Shown one piece after another: positions 44,361-51,174 of a DNA stretch of 51,174 bases. The translations under genes were made by a program, and so were the position numbers. Each line of letters opens with the position of its first letter. The stretch's first letter is position 1. The notes below the pieces were generated by a model. That model made no database searches. It had not been told where the DNA came from and saw nothing but the letters and a program-made list of their open reading frames with translations. The stretch is taken from IMG/VR virus record IMGVR_UViG_3300050132_000130, positions 1 to 51,174 of that record. The stretch is one strand, 5' to 3'. The DNA is from a virus. Taxonomy: Duplodnaviria > Caudoviricetes.

Positions 44361-44589
44361 CAGGGATGCGCTGCTCTGGTCGCTGCTCGGCACCGGAAAC
44401 ACCAACAAACTGAGGGAGATATATTATGCTGACGGATGCCCAATGCCGACTCCGCGCGTTAAACGCCCGGCACGACGAACTAAGGCGGTTGGATGTGTCA
44501 CAGACCGTTCTGTTGGCATGTGCAATAGTTTTGAGATTAACGGAGGGATGCGGTTCGACGATGGCGGCATGGAGCGTACCGGAGGATAA
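44353..44589 (+). CDS. Hypothetical protein
   Basis: GAGGTG RBS before MRDRDALLW; overlaps the upstream stop. Confidence 0.4.
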   Translation: MRDRDALLWSLLGTGNTNKLREIYYADGCPMPTPRVKRPARRTKAVGCVTDRSVGMCNSFEINGGMRFDDGGMERTGG

Positions 44590-44641
44590 CTGACCGATGG
44601 GGATGACCCCCGGCGGCATCTAAAACTGAAGGAGAAAAGTA

Positions 44642-45172
44642 ATGAAACAGCCCCTAATTGATGGCTCTAGACTCCAATTTGTTTATCTCGATAAACCTAT
44701 TTCTTTGGAGCTAACAGACTTGGATATAGATACAAGGCACGACTTCAAATACTGGAATTATGAATCAGAAATGCGCGGTGATAAGCCAATCGTGACATCA
44801 ACGACTAATTTTTTTGCGACATGTTTGGAAGGTCAGAATGTCCGGTCTTTTGGTATGGGGGAACTATGCCGTCTCCAATGTACCGCGTTTGCTAATACAA
44901 AATCAGGAGAGATAATATATCAGTTCCGCAATGATGGTTCTGTCGATGTTATATTCCCAGAAGAAAAGCCAGTTGTGAAGATAGATATCAGCGACGATCT
45001 TGAGAAAAATGCTATTGATAGGTTGAAAGAACTGATAGGTCGCGGCTTCCAAGTTAAGAGCATCGGAGAGTGCGGTACGGCGCAAGATATCGAATTCTGT
45101 GTGAAGATGTCTCGTCTCTCGAAACCAACCCTCACCACCCCCATCAAACGTCCCAGCAGGAGCAAGAAATGA
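44642..45172 (+). CDS. Hypothetical protein
   Basis: AAGGAG RBS; 176 aa; more AT-rich than its neighbours. Confidence 0.7.
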   Translation: MKQPLIDGSRLQFVYLDKPISLELTDLDIDTRHDFKYWNYESEMRGDKPIVTSTTNFFATCLEGQNVRSFGMGELCRLQCTAFANTKSGEIIYQFRNDGSVDVIFPEEKPVVKIDISDDLEKNAIDRLKELIGRGFQVKSIGECGTAQDIEFCVKMSRLSKPTLTTPIKRPSRSKK

Positions 45173-45351
45173 AAGTAAAATTGTATGATATAAAATCCGG
45201 CGCACAACGCGGAGAGATAAATATCCCTGAAGATGTTGGGTATATGGCGATCCGTGTGGCGGCATGGATGAAGGAGAATGCCGTTGATTGTTTTCAGGAC
45301 TTACAGTTGCGAGACCGTACCCCGGCGGCATCATCGCCACGGAAACGCTGA
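45169..45351 (+). CDS. Small hypothetical protein
   Basis: AGGAG RBS and ATGA overlap; MKVKLYDIK start. Confidence 0.6.
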   Translation: MKVKLYDIKSGAQRGEINIPEDVGYMAIRVAAWMKENAVDCFQDLQLRDRTPAASSPRKR

Positions 45352-45422
45352 CTCGATGATTTCCCCTCGACAAACGCCCGCGAATCATATACCGATTATT
45401 AACCAACCCAAGGAGACACCCT

Positions 45423-45587
45423 ATGAATATCTGCGATTGCCGTCCGAGAATTGATCTAGTCTGGGCCGCACAGAAGATACCAGGATTTGCCGAAATGGTC
45501 GCCACCCAGGCGCGCGTTCGGGCAAGTGAGTTGGAATACAAACAGAAACATGGAGTATCACATGGCCGCCAAGAAGAAGCACGTTAA
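45423..45587 (+). CDS. Small hypothetical protein (54 aa; not in ORF track)
   Basis: AAGGAG RBS; MNICDCRPRIDLVWAAQ... Confidence 0.55.
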   Translation: MNICDCRPRIDLVWAAQKIPGFAEMVATQARVRASELEYKQKHGVSHGRQEEAR

Positions 45588-45828
45588 GTCTCGCACAAAA
45601 CCGTTGCGCGGTAACGATGTGCCCGCACCAAAGACTCCCCCGGCATCGATCTCAAAACCGTACACGATTGCCGAAGCGACCGAGGACGGACACCGCACCG
45701 GTTACGCGATCGGGTGTGAGGACGGTTACGACAAGGGGCAGGAATCCGGCATTCTCATCGGCGCGATATTCGGTGCCGTGGCTGCGTTTATCGCCGCGCT
45801 GATATTTGCGGCGTTGAAATTCCAGTAA
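45562..45828 (+). CDS. Hypothetical protein with C-terminal transmembrane helix
   Basis: GGAG RBS; GY-G-GY-G repeat then ILIGAIFGAVAAFIAALIFAAL. Confidence 0.6.
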   Translation: MAAKKKHVKSRTKPLRGNDVPAPKTPPASISKPYTIAEATEDGHRTGYAIGCEDGYDKGQESGILIGAIFGAVAAFIAALIFAALKFQ

Positions 45829-45836
45829 ATGGCCCC

Positions 45837-46262
45837 ATGTCGGCAGCCATAACCCAATCAATACTGACGTGGCAACAGCGGGCGGAAATGTACCAGCGCC
45901 GATGTGAGGCGCTCGAACAGCAATTATTCGAGATGAAATTAGTTATCGCTGAACCGAAACAATTTGATGCGACTTTTATTAATGCGTTTGGACTAACAAA
46001 ACAGGAAGACTTGGCGCTCGATTATATTATGCGACACGATTATCCGACGAGAGAAAGAATATATCACGCATGTTCACAGGATGGCCGCATTAATGCGGGG
46101 TCGTCTCCTAAGATCGTCGATGTTCTGGTCAGCAGAATACGGAATAAATTGAAGAAACACGGCATCAGGATCGAGACACAATGGGGAGTCGGTTATCGTA
46201 TGAGCAACGAGAGTAAGGCGCTGGTGAGGCGCGTGGCGGCAGCGTATCAGGGGCAGGTGTAG
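45837..46262 (+). CDS. CtrA/OmpR-type winged-helix DNA-binding protein lacking a receiver domain
   Basis: GLTKQE...PKIVDVLVSRIRNKL...IETQWGVGY Trans_reg_C signature preceded by a short coiled coil. Confidence 0.85.
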   Translation: MSAAITQSILTWQQRAEMYQRRCEALEQQLFEMKLVIAEPKQFDATFINAFGLTKQEDLALDYIMRHDYPTRERIYHACSQDGRINAGSSPKIVDVLVSRIRNKLKKHGIRIETQWGVGYRMSNESKALVRRVAAAYQGQV

Positions 46263-46266
46263 GTTG

Positions 46267-46545
46267 TTACTGGTTCAGGCATGTCGCACCTTTCATCTGC
46301 TCAATAATTTCTGGGTGACAATATATCTTATCGCCCATCTGGATCATTCCCGGCACCTGCTTGCTTTGAAAGCCCCAAGCCTTCATAAGCTTCTTGTGGA
46401 CGCGGCGTGACCGATTACGGCTCTTTTTGAAGTTCTCAATCTTTTGCATAATGCGGTCGCTCGATATAATAGGAATACCCGCAAGCATCGAGAGCATACC
46501 AGACTGATGTCCGATATAAGCTAACGGGTTCGTGGTTTGTGTCAT
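46267..46545 (-). CDS. Small hypothetical protein (MTQTT start)
   Basis: Last gene of the coupled - strand array. Confidence 0.7.
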   Translation of the reverse strand: MTQTTNPLAYIGHQSGMLSMLAGIPIISSDRIMQKIENFKKSRNRSRRVHKKLMKAWGFQSKQVPGMIQMGDKIYCHPEIIEQMKGATCLNQ

Positions 46546-46649
46546 TGCATCACCTGCCGGTAAAGAGAGGCCAATCTTTCTTTGCTCATTTTCTTGATCT
46601 TGCGATTTTTTGCTTTTGGTTTCTTTTTCGTGGTTTTAGATTCTGTCAT
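46542..46649 (-). CDS. Small basic peptide (35 aa, MTESKTT start; not in ORF track)
   Basis: AGGAGG RBS; overlaps both neighbours. Confidence 0.55.
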   Translation of the reverse strand: MTESKTTKKKPKAKNRKIKKMSKERLASLYRQVMQ

Positions 46650-46842
46650 TTAATGCCTCCTGATAACCCTTGGCCCAAGCTGCGTCTAATTCTTTGGCGC
46701 TATCGCTTGCCATCTCGATACTTTCCAACAAATCAGTGATTTCGCTCTCTACTGGCGGCGGCAGTCCGTTATCAGCGAACCATGTGAAAACCGCCCATCG
46801 CTTCGGGTCGCGCATTGTCTGGGTCGTTTGGGTTTTATCCAT
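46636..46842 (-). CDS. Small hypothetical protein (MDKTQTT start)
   Basis: GGAG RBS; overlapping array gene. Confidence 0.65.
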   Translation of the reverse strand: MDKTQTTQTMRDPKRWAVFTWFADNGLPPPVESEITDLLESIEMASDSAKELDAAWAKGYQEALNDRI

Positions 46843-47020
46843 TTAGCATCTCCAAGACATCCGGCTTAACATTGATGACGCAAATATCTTCCTTTTCCTC
46901 GATCTTCCCAATGGATGAACATACCCGATGGTAGGCAAGAGGAGCATTGCCGTCTTTCAAATTCTTTTTTAGAGAATAGAGAAATAACAGCAATTTATCT
47001 TTCGATATTTCAGTTTTCAT
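46835..47020 (-). CDS. Small hypothetical protein
   Basis: Overlapping array gene. Confidence 0.6.
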   Translation of the reverse strand: MKTEISKDKLLLFLYSLKKNLKDGNAPLAYHRVCSSIGKIEEKEDICVINVKPDVLEMLNG

Positions 47021-47198
47021 TGCCCATCGCCTCCATGTTGCCGAGTGATTGAATTAGCTGGCTGCGTAATTCATTGTCACGCTTGAGGTTCGCGCTCAGT
47101 TTTTCAATCTCTGCTTTTACAAGCGAGATGATAAACTCAGGAACGTGAACTTTCGTGGCATAAGGCGGCATAGTCATTGTTTTAGTTGTGGATTGCAT
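47010..47198 (-). CDS. Small coiled-coil protein (MQSTT start)
   Basis: GGGAG RBS; overlapping array gene. Confidence 0.6.
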   Translation of the reverse strand: MQSTTKTMTMPPYATKVHVPEFIISLVKAEIEKLSANLKRDNELRSQLIQSLGNMEAMGNEN

Positions 47199-47313
47199 CA
47201 GGCTTCTCCCAGAACCAATGATGATTTACTGCACGCCAGAAGCGGATAAAAGCTATCGCGTCTTTGTCGCGCCGATAATGGATTTTTAAGGTGCGCTTGG
47301 TCGTTACTGTCAT
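47182..47313 (-). CDS. Small hypothetical protein (43 aa, MTVTT start; not in ORF track)
   Basis: GGAGG RBS and ATGA overlap with the 47310 stop. Confidence 0.55.
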   Translation of the reverse strand: MTVTTKRTLKIHYRRDKDAIAFIRFWRAVNHHWFWEKPDAIHN

Positions 47314-47696
47314 TCAAATCCTCCGAAGAATGAAAATGGTTTAGTCGGGCCATTTGGTTGATAAAGCCAACATTGAGATTCACCGCATGGGTTATCAAAT
47401 TGATCTAGCGGTCTAGCTGTGTACATGACTGTTCGGCCATCTTCGCATTTCCACATCCTATTCCCACAGTAGCTCCAATTGCCGCCGAGACGCTTTTTCA
47501 AGATAGACGTTTTACTGCCAGCGCGAACAGCCTTTAGAGACAAAAGAAAATCAGGAATTTCTGTCGTTTTAGATTCCACCCTTGGCGTAGCTTCCTGCTG
47601 CTTAACAGTTGAGTTCTCGGCTCGGTGTCCATCGCTGGTATCCGCCGCCAGCGTCCGAGATACGGTGGAATTATTCGCCGTTTGTGGATTAGTCAT
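47310..47696 (-). CDS. Hypothetical protein
   Basis: GGAGG RBS; MTNPQTA start plus an internal VESKTT. Confidence 0.65.
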   Translation of the reverse strand: MTNPQTANNSTVSRTLAADTSDGHRAENSTVKQQEATPRVESKTTEIPDFLLSLKAVRAGSKTSILKKRLGGNWSYCGNRMWKCEDGRTVMYTARPLDQFDNPCGESQCWLYQPNGPTKPFSFFGGFE

Positions 47697-47914
47697 AGTG
47701 CCTCCATTTTCTCTATTTGTCTGATTATGCTATCAGCCATCTCAACAGCATCTTCGTGGCGAACAAAATTCCTGATTGTGATCCAATCCAAAATAACATC
47801 CTTAACTGACCACCTCTCATGCCATGCTGAAGTTCCGCAGTGATAATCAGCCGAAGAGACATTCCGCAAACACGCGAATACCTCAGACAATGAGATCATT
47901 TGTGGTTCGGTCAT
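47693..47914 (-). CDS. Small hypothetical protein
   Basis: ATGA-coupled on both sides. Confidence 0.65.
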   Translation of the reverse strand: MTEPQMISLSEVFACLRNVSSADYHCGTSAWHERWSVKDVILDWITIRNFVRHEDAVEMADSIIRQIEKMEAL

Positions 47915-48087
47915 ACATTCACCTTTATTTTTAATTCCAAAGCCCCATCTTCCATGTATTGGCGCATGTAACGAAAGGCTTCCGCTACAACCATATCAAT
48001 GGGTCCGCATCCTTCAGCCACAATCATCCCGTCTTGCTCAATAAAAAATTCAGCATCTGGTTTCGTGGTTTGTGAATTATTCGTCAT
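47911..48087 (-). CDS. Small hypothetical protein (58 aa, MTNNSQTT start; not in ORF track)
   Basis: GGGAG RBS; overlaps both neighbours. Confidence 0.6.
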   Translation of the reverse strand: MTNNSQTTKPDAEFFIEQDGMIVAEGCGPIDMVVAEAFRYMRQYMEDGALELKIKVNV

Positions 48088-48253
48088 CGGATGCTCCCGC
48101 GCCTAAAGTTTGAGTAGTTATCCAACGCCCACGACCGCCGCTAGTCTGGCGTACGAGGTGCTGCAAATATATTGCTCCCCACGAGGAACGACGAAGGCGG
48201 TATCGTCCGGTCGGAACTACAGTTCCTTCCCACCAATTCGTGGTTTGGGTCAT
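48077..48253 (-). CDS. Small hypothetical protein (MTQTT start)
   Basis: GGAGG RBS and ATGA overlap. Confidence 0.65.
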   Translation of the reverse strand: MTQTTNWWEGTVVPTGRYRLRRSSWGAIYLQHLVRQTSGGRGRWITTQTLGAGASDDE

Positions 48254-48444
48254 ATCGTAGCCTCCCCGCAAACTGCCCTCAGAATATGTTCCGGGACGTT
48301 GGCATTATGTAGCGCAAACCAGTCGGTTACGCCCTTGGCTCGCCATTTCCATTTGCCCGCTCCGAGGAATCTGTAGGAGATCCCCTCACATTCAAGGTCA
48401 ATGCGATTTGAATATTTAAAAATCGTGATCTCCGCTTTTGTCAT
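48250..48444 (-). CDS. Small hypothetical protein
   Basis: ATGA-coupled on both sides. Confidence 0.65.
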   Translation of the reverse strand: MTKAEITIFKYSNRIDLECEGISYRFLGAGKWKWRAKGVTDWFALHNANVPEHILRAVCGEATI

Positions 48445-48650
48445 TTGTGCACCCGAGGGTTTTTGAGTTTGTTCTTCTTAGGTAGCGGCGGAAATCCACG
48501 AAGAGTCGCCTTCGATTCCATACCCATCCCGGGCTTCGATGAGAACTCCATAGAGGTGCAGACCCATCGCTGGCTTCTGATAGTTTCCCGCGTGAATGAA
48601 GACACGGAACCAGGCATTTGCACGGTGATAGTGATAGTGGTTTGTGTCAT
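48441..48650 (-). CDS. Small hypothetical protein (MTQTT start)
   Basis: GAGGGG RBS and ATGA overlap. Confidence 0.6.
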   Translation of the reverse strand: MTQTTITITVQMPGSVSSFTRETIRSQRWVCTSMEFSSKPGMGMESKATLRGFPPLPKKNKLKNPRVHK

Positions 48651-49171
48651 GCTACTTTCCCCCTCAAGATAAATTGCGCGATATGTCGGGCAGTTCCTTT
48701 GCCAGCGGATCCGTCCTCGGTTGCTAACCACTTCACATCGCCAAGATTGCGAATTTCTGCACCAGCCTTAACGAGCATGAGCAACCATTTATCAACCGGA
48801 AAAACTATCACGACATCTTTGCCTTTTTCCTGTTCTTTGATCGCTTTGCGAACCCATGCGGTCGGCCCCTTTTTCTTGCCTTCGTGCATGATGTATCCGA
48901 ACGGCGGATTGACGTAACTCGACTTCCCCCATTCGCAGGTTAGCCCGTCGAAGTATTCGGGCTTCGGATACGGGCAAGGATCAAAGTCGAAATTAAACTC
49001 GCCCTGCATCTGAGCCATAAGTTCAGGCGGCGTAAGCCAATAATGTTTTCCGTCATCTCCATTGCCTTTGTGGAATTTGTTGTCAGCGGGCGCAAGCAAT
49101 GATTGATGAGGCGTCGCTGGTTCATCCCAGATTTTTGCCATCTGTTCGCTAAAAGTCGTTTCCATTGTCAT
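48647..49171 (-). CDS. Phage DNA N6-adenine methyltransferase (Dam-like)
   Basis: WLTP, FDFDPC, W-YVNPPF, W-KA-E motifs. Confidence 0.8.
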   Translation of the reverse strand: MTMETTFSEQMAKIWDEPATPHQSLLAPADNKFHKGNGDDGKHYWLTPPELMAQMQGEFNFDFDPCPYPKPEYFDGLTCEWGKSSYVNPPFGYIMHEGKKKGPTAWVRKAIKEQEKGKDVVIVFPVDKWLLMLVKAGAEIRNLGDVKWLATEDGSAGKGTARHIAQFILRGKVA

Positions 49172-49320
49172 GTCTTTTCCCTCATATATTTTGTGATCTG
49201 AACCCAGTCTTTAGAAAACTTTTGGAAATCTGATGGATCGGCAAACACCGTATCAAATTTACCGTTCTTCTTTTCGATAATCCAAACTTCCTTTGGTAAT
49301 TCTGTCGTTATTGTTGTCAT
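49168..49320 (-). CDS. Small hypothetical protein (50 aa, MTTITT start; not in ORF track)
   Basis: ATGA-coupled on both sides. Confidence 0.6.
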   Translation of the reverse strand: MTTITTELPKEVWIIEKKNGKFDTVFADPSDFQKFSKDWVQITKYMREKT

Positions 49321-49580
49321 GGCTTTCTTCCCTTCATGGCGTCGATGAAATTTAGCAAGACGCCGTTCGTCTCAAGTTTGGCGATTTTCATCCACTCGAA
49401 AAGCTCGGCACAGAAATTTGCGGGAGCAATAGCATTCTTGCAAGCTTGGTTATAAAGTCGCTCATAGGCCGGAGCGTACTTCTGCGGCAAGCCGTCCTCA
49501 TTTTCTTCCTCAGCGTAATCGACCGCCTCCTTTAAGAGAAGCCAATCAACGATTGTAGGATCGGGTGTGGTTTGTGTCAT
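49317..49580 (-). CDS. Small hypothetical protein (MTQTT start)
   Basis: AAGGTG RBS and ATGA overlap. Confidence 0.65.
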   Translation of the reverse strand: MTQTTPDPTIVDWLLLKEAVDYAEEENEDGLPQKYAPAYERLYNQACKNAIAPANFCAELFEWMKIAKLETNGVLLNFIDAMKGRKP

Positions 49581-49747
49581 TGCATCACCTTCAAAGCTAA
49601 GATTGATTTCTCGACATCCTCAAATAAGTCTTGGCGGTTTGCTTTAGGAAATTTGCGCGCAATTTTTGCTGCTAGTTCCAGAGCATCATTGAACCCGTCA
49701 TCGTATAGTTTTTGATCGTTAGATTTCGTGGTTTTAGATTCACTCAT
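49577..49747 (-). CDS. Small hypothetical protein (MSESKTT start)
   Basis: AGGAG RBS; GFNDALELAAKIA. Confidence 0.65.
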   Translation of the reverse strand: MSESKTTKSNDQKLYDDGFNDALELAAKIARKFPKANRQDLFEDVEKSILALKVMQ

Positions 49748-49967
49748 TGCAGACTTTCTCCTGTGCTTGATAATAGGCGGCATCATCGCAAGCCTTCACG
49801 AGATCGCCGTTATTATCTTCATGATTGTGTTCCGGTTGTGCGCCGGAAATTTTAATGCACTCCTCAAAATAAGCATGTCGCTTGTCTTGATTGGTTTCAT
49901 GGTCGCAGACTTTGCAACCGGACAGAAGCAGTAGTGCGGCCAGAATAACTGTTGTTTTATATTCCAT
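49740..49967 (-). CDS. Putative lipoprotein (MEYKTT start)
   Basis: AGGAGG RBS; VILAALLLLSG^C lipobox. Confidence 0.65.
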   Translation of the reverse strand: MEYKTTVILAALLLLSGCKVCDHETNQDKRHAYFEECIKISGAQPEHNHEDNNGDLVKACDDAAYYQAQEKVCNE

Positions 49968-50166
49968 TGAGAATGCCTCCTGCAAGATTTCCAATATCTG
50001 AGAAACCTTCTCGGTAGTCCTCAGAATTAAGAGAGCAGAGGGCATCTATTTTCTGGAAAGCATCCTGAAGATAATTTACTGCCGTAAGTGCATCCGCAAC
50101 AGTCTGCACATCTTGATCGAGAATGCCGAGCTTGATGATGTCGAATAGGGTCGTTTGTGTTGTCAT
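49957..50166 (-). CDS. Small hypothetical protein (MTTQTT start)
   Basis: AAGGA RBS and ATGA overlap. Confidence 0.65.
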   Translation of the reverse strand: MTTQTTLFDIIKLGILDQDVQTVADALTAVNYLQDAFQKIDALCSLNSEDYREGFSDIGNLAGGILNGI

Positions 50167-50690
50167 ATCAATTTCCTTTCAGGTTCCAGCTTCCGTTCTG
50201 CCAAGCAGATCGTATCGTTATGCGCCCCACCGTGGCAGACAAGCAGTATTTCCTCTATCTCATACCCGCGCCCTTTTCCCATGCCAACTGTGTTCCAGCC
50301 GAATGAAAGGACGATGCCGCCGACTTCAACAATCGGATCGAAAGCATCCCTGACGCGCTTGTAGAGCAATGCGCTCTGCGTTTCCTTCATGCCGACTTCC
50401 ATGCCGATATTCTTATAACATTCCGAAATCTGGCGAGGGGAATAAGGTGGATCGAACAGAACGAGATCAATAGGTTTGCCGAGCTGTTTGCAGAACTCTT
50501 CAGCGTCCATATGGCTATCGGCTTGTGTGGTAGGGTCAAGATCATTCGTGTAGGTTGCCAGACGCTTGTTTCTAGCAAACGGGTCGATACTTACCTTTGA
50601 CGCAGAAAGATAGCGGCGCACAAAGTCGCCGATTGGGGCAATCGAGAATGTTTCGTGATTAGGCATCGCCCATGCGCGTGAGAATTTCAT
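50163..50690 (-). CDS. Putative adenine-specific DNA methyltransferase
   Basis: IDPFA (SAM-binding-like) and LFDPPYS catalytic motifs; HGGAHND. Confidence 0.75.
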   Translation of the reverse strand: MKFSRAWAMPNHETFSIAPIGDFVRRYLSASKVSIDPFARNKRLATYTNDLDPTTQADSHMDAEEFCKQLGKPIDLVLFDPPYSPRQISECYKNIGMEVGMKETQSALLYKRVRDAFDPIVEVGGIVLSFGWNTVGMGKGRGYEIEEILLVCHGGAHNDTICLAERKLEPERKLI

Positions 50691-51174
50691 TTTTTCTTAC
50701 CCCATATATGACTATGGAGGTCTTGGCTTTCTTGCTTAGTAAGGGGCTTCTTTTTTGTTGCCGCTTCCGCACGCCAGATAGCGCGTTGGCGGTCATGCCC
50801 CCAGCCTCTATCGCTTGCAATGCGCCGAAGCGTGTTGATGCTCATATCGTATTTCTCGACAAGCTGCGCGTTCTTGATTGAGCCATCAACCCATTCGGCT
50901 TTGGTAAATGCCTTTGCACGTTCTTCGACAGCGGCTTTCTTTGCCGCGCCGCCCCGTTCGCCGCCAATTTTTGCCGACCCTTTGCGCCTCGCATCCTTCC
51001 ACCATTTGACCAGATTTTCTATGTTGCTAGGGACAATCCAAAAGTTTCCGTCCTCTTGGCTTACAAGCTTCGCCTTGCTCTTTCTAGCCAGAGCAAGAAA
51101 ATCTCGGAAATGTTTTTCATCTTCCGCGATAACCCCAAGACTTACTACATGCAAAGCATCACGACACTTGCGGG
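50687..51174 (-). CDS. 3' part of the 207-aa resolvase-like/HTH protein (starts at 263)
   Basis: DALHVVSLGVIA, KAKLVSQEDG, KIGGERGG and C-terminal HTH NAQLVEKYDMSINTLRR follow resolvase/invertase architecture. Confidence 0.7.
   Translation of the reverse strand, partial: RKCRDALHVVSLGVIAEDEKHFRDFLALARKSKAKLVSQEDGNFWIVPSNIENLVKWWKDARRKGSAKIGGERGGAAKKAAVEERAKAFTKAEWVDGSIKNAQLVEKYDMSINTLRRIASDRGWGHDRQRAIWRAEAATKKKPLTKQESQDLHSHIWGKKK
51048..51174. repeat. Terminal direct repeat, copy 2 (circular assembly overlap)
   Basis: Identical to 1-127. Confidence 0.95.

Noticed and set aside
47198-47398. 66-aa ORF from the track
   Set aside because: Overlaps 47310-47696 extensively; the alternative-frame 47182-47313 ORF has an RBS, ATGA coupling and the array start motif.
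46267-50166. Classical integron with attC sites
   Set aside because: No intergenic space for attC hairpins and no tyrosine integrase; only a short AAC-containing core is shared.

Overview
The window is an apparently complete tailed-phage genome assembled as a circle: bases 1-127 are identical to 51048-51174, giving about 51,047 bp of unique sequence. It pairs a lambda-like head and packaging module (GpA-type terminase, gpW, portal, S49 protease, gpD and gpE capsid proteins, a cosQ/cosN-like site with IHF boxes) with a Mu/P2-like contractile tail. It also has a large SGNH-esterase tail spike, a lambda-R-type endolysin, three helicases, a YqaJ exonuclease, VRR-NUC, three DNA methyltransferases and two free-standing homing endonucleases. 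A GapR (DUF2312) homologue and a CtrA-like winged-helix protein point to an alphaproteobacterial host. No integrase, CI-type repressor, DNA polymerase or primase domain was recognised. The most unusual signals lie outside the ORF track: (1) tandem NrdR-box matches 31 bp apart upstream of the capsid and tail operons, suggesting late genes are gated by the host dNTP sensor; (2) about 18 tiny coupled genes, most starting with an AACNAC / Thr-Thr motif, downstream of a degenerate resolvase-like gene; (3) a dense GANTC/CGAGTCG cluster in the inferred first-ejected early region; (4) a type II hammerhead ribozyme and two other structured-RNA candidates. All assignments are by eye from motifs and gene order; no database searches or folding programs were run.
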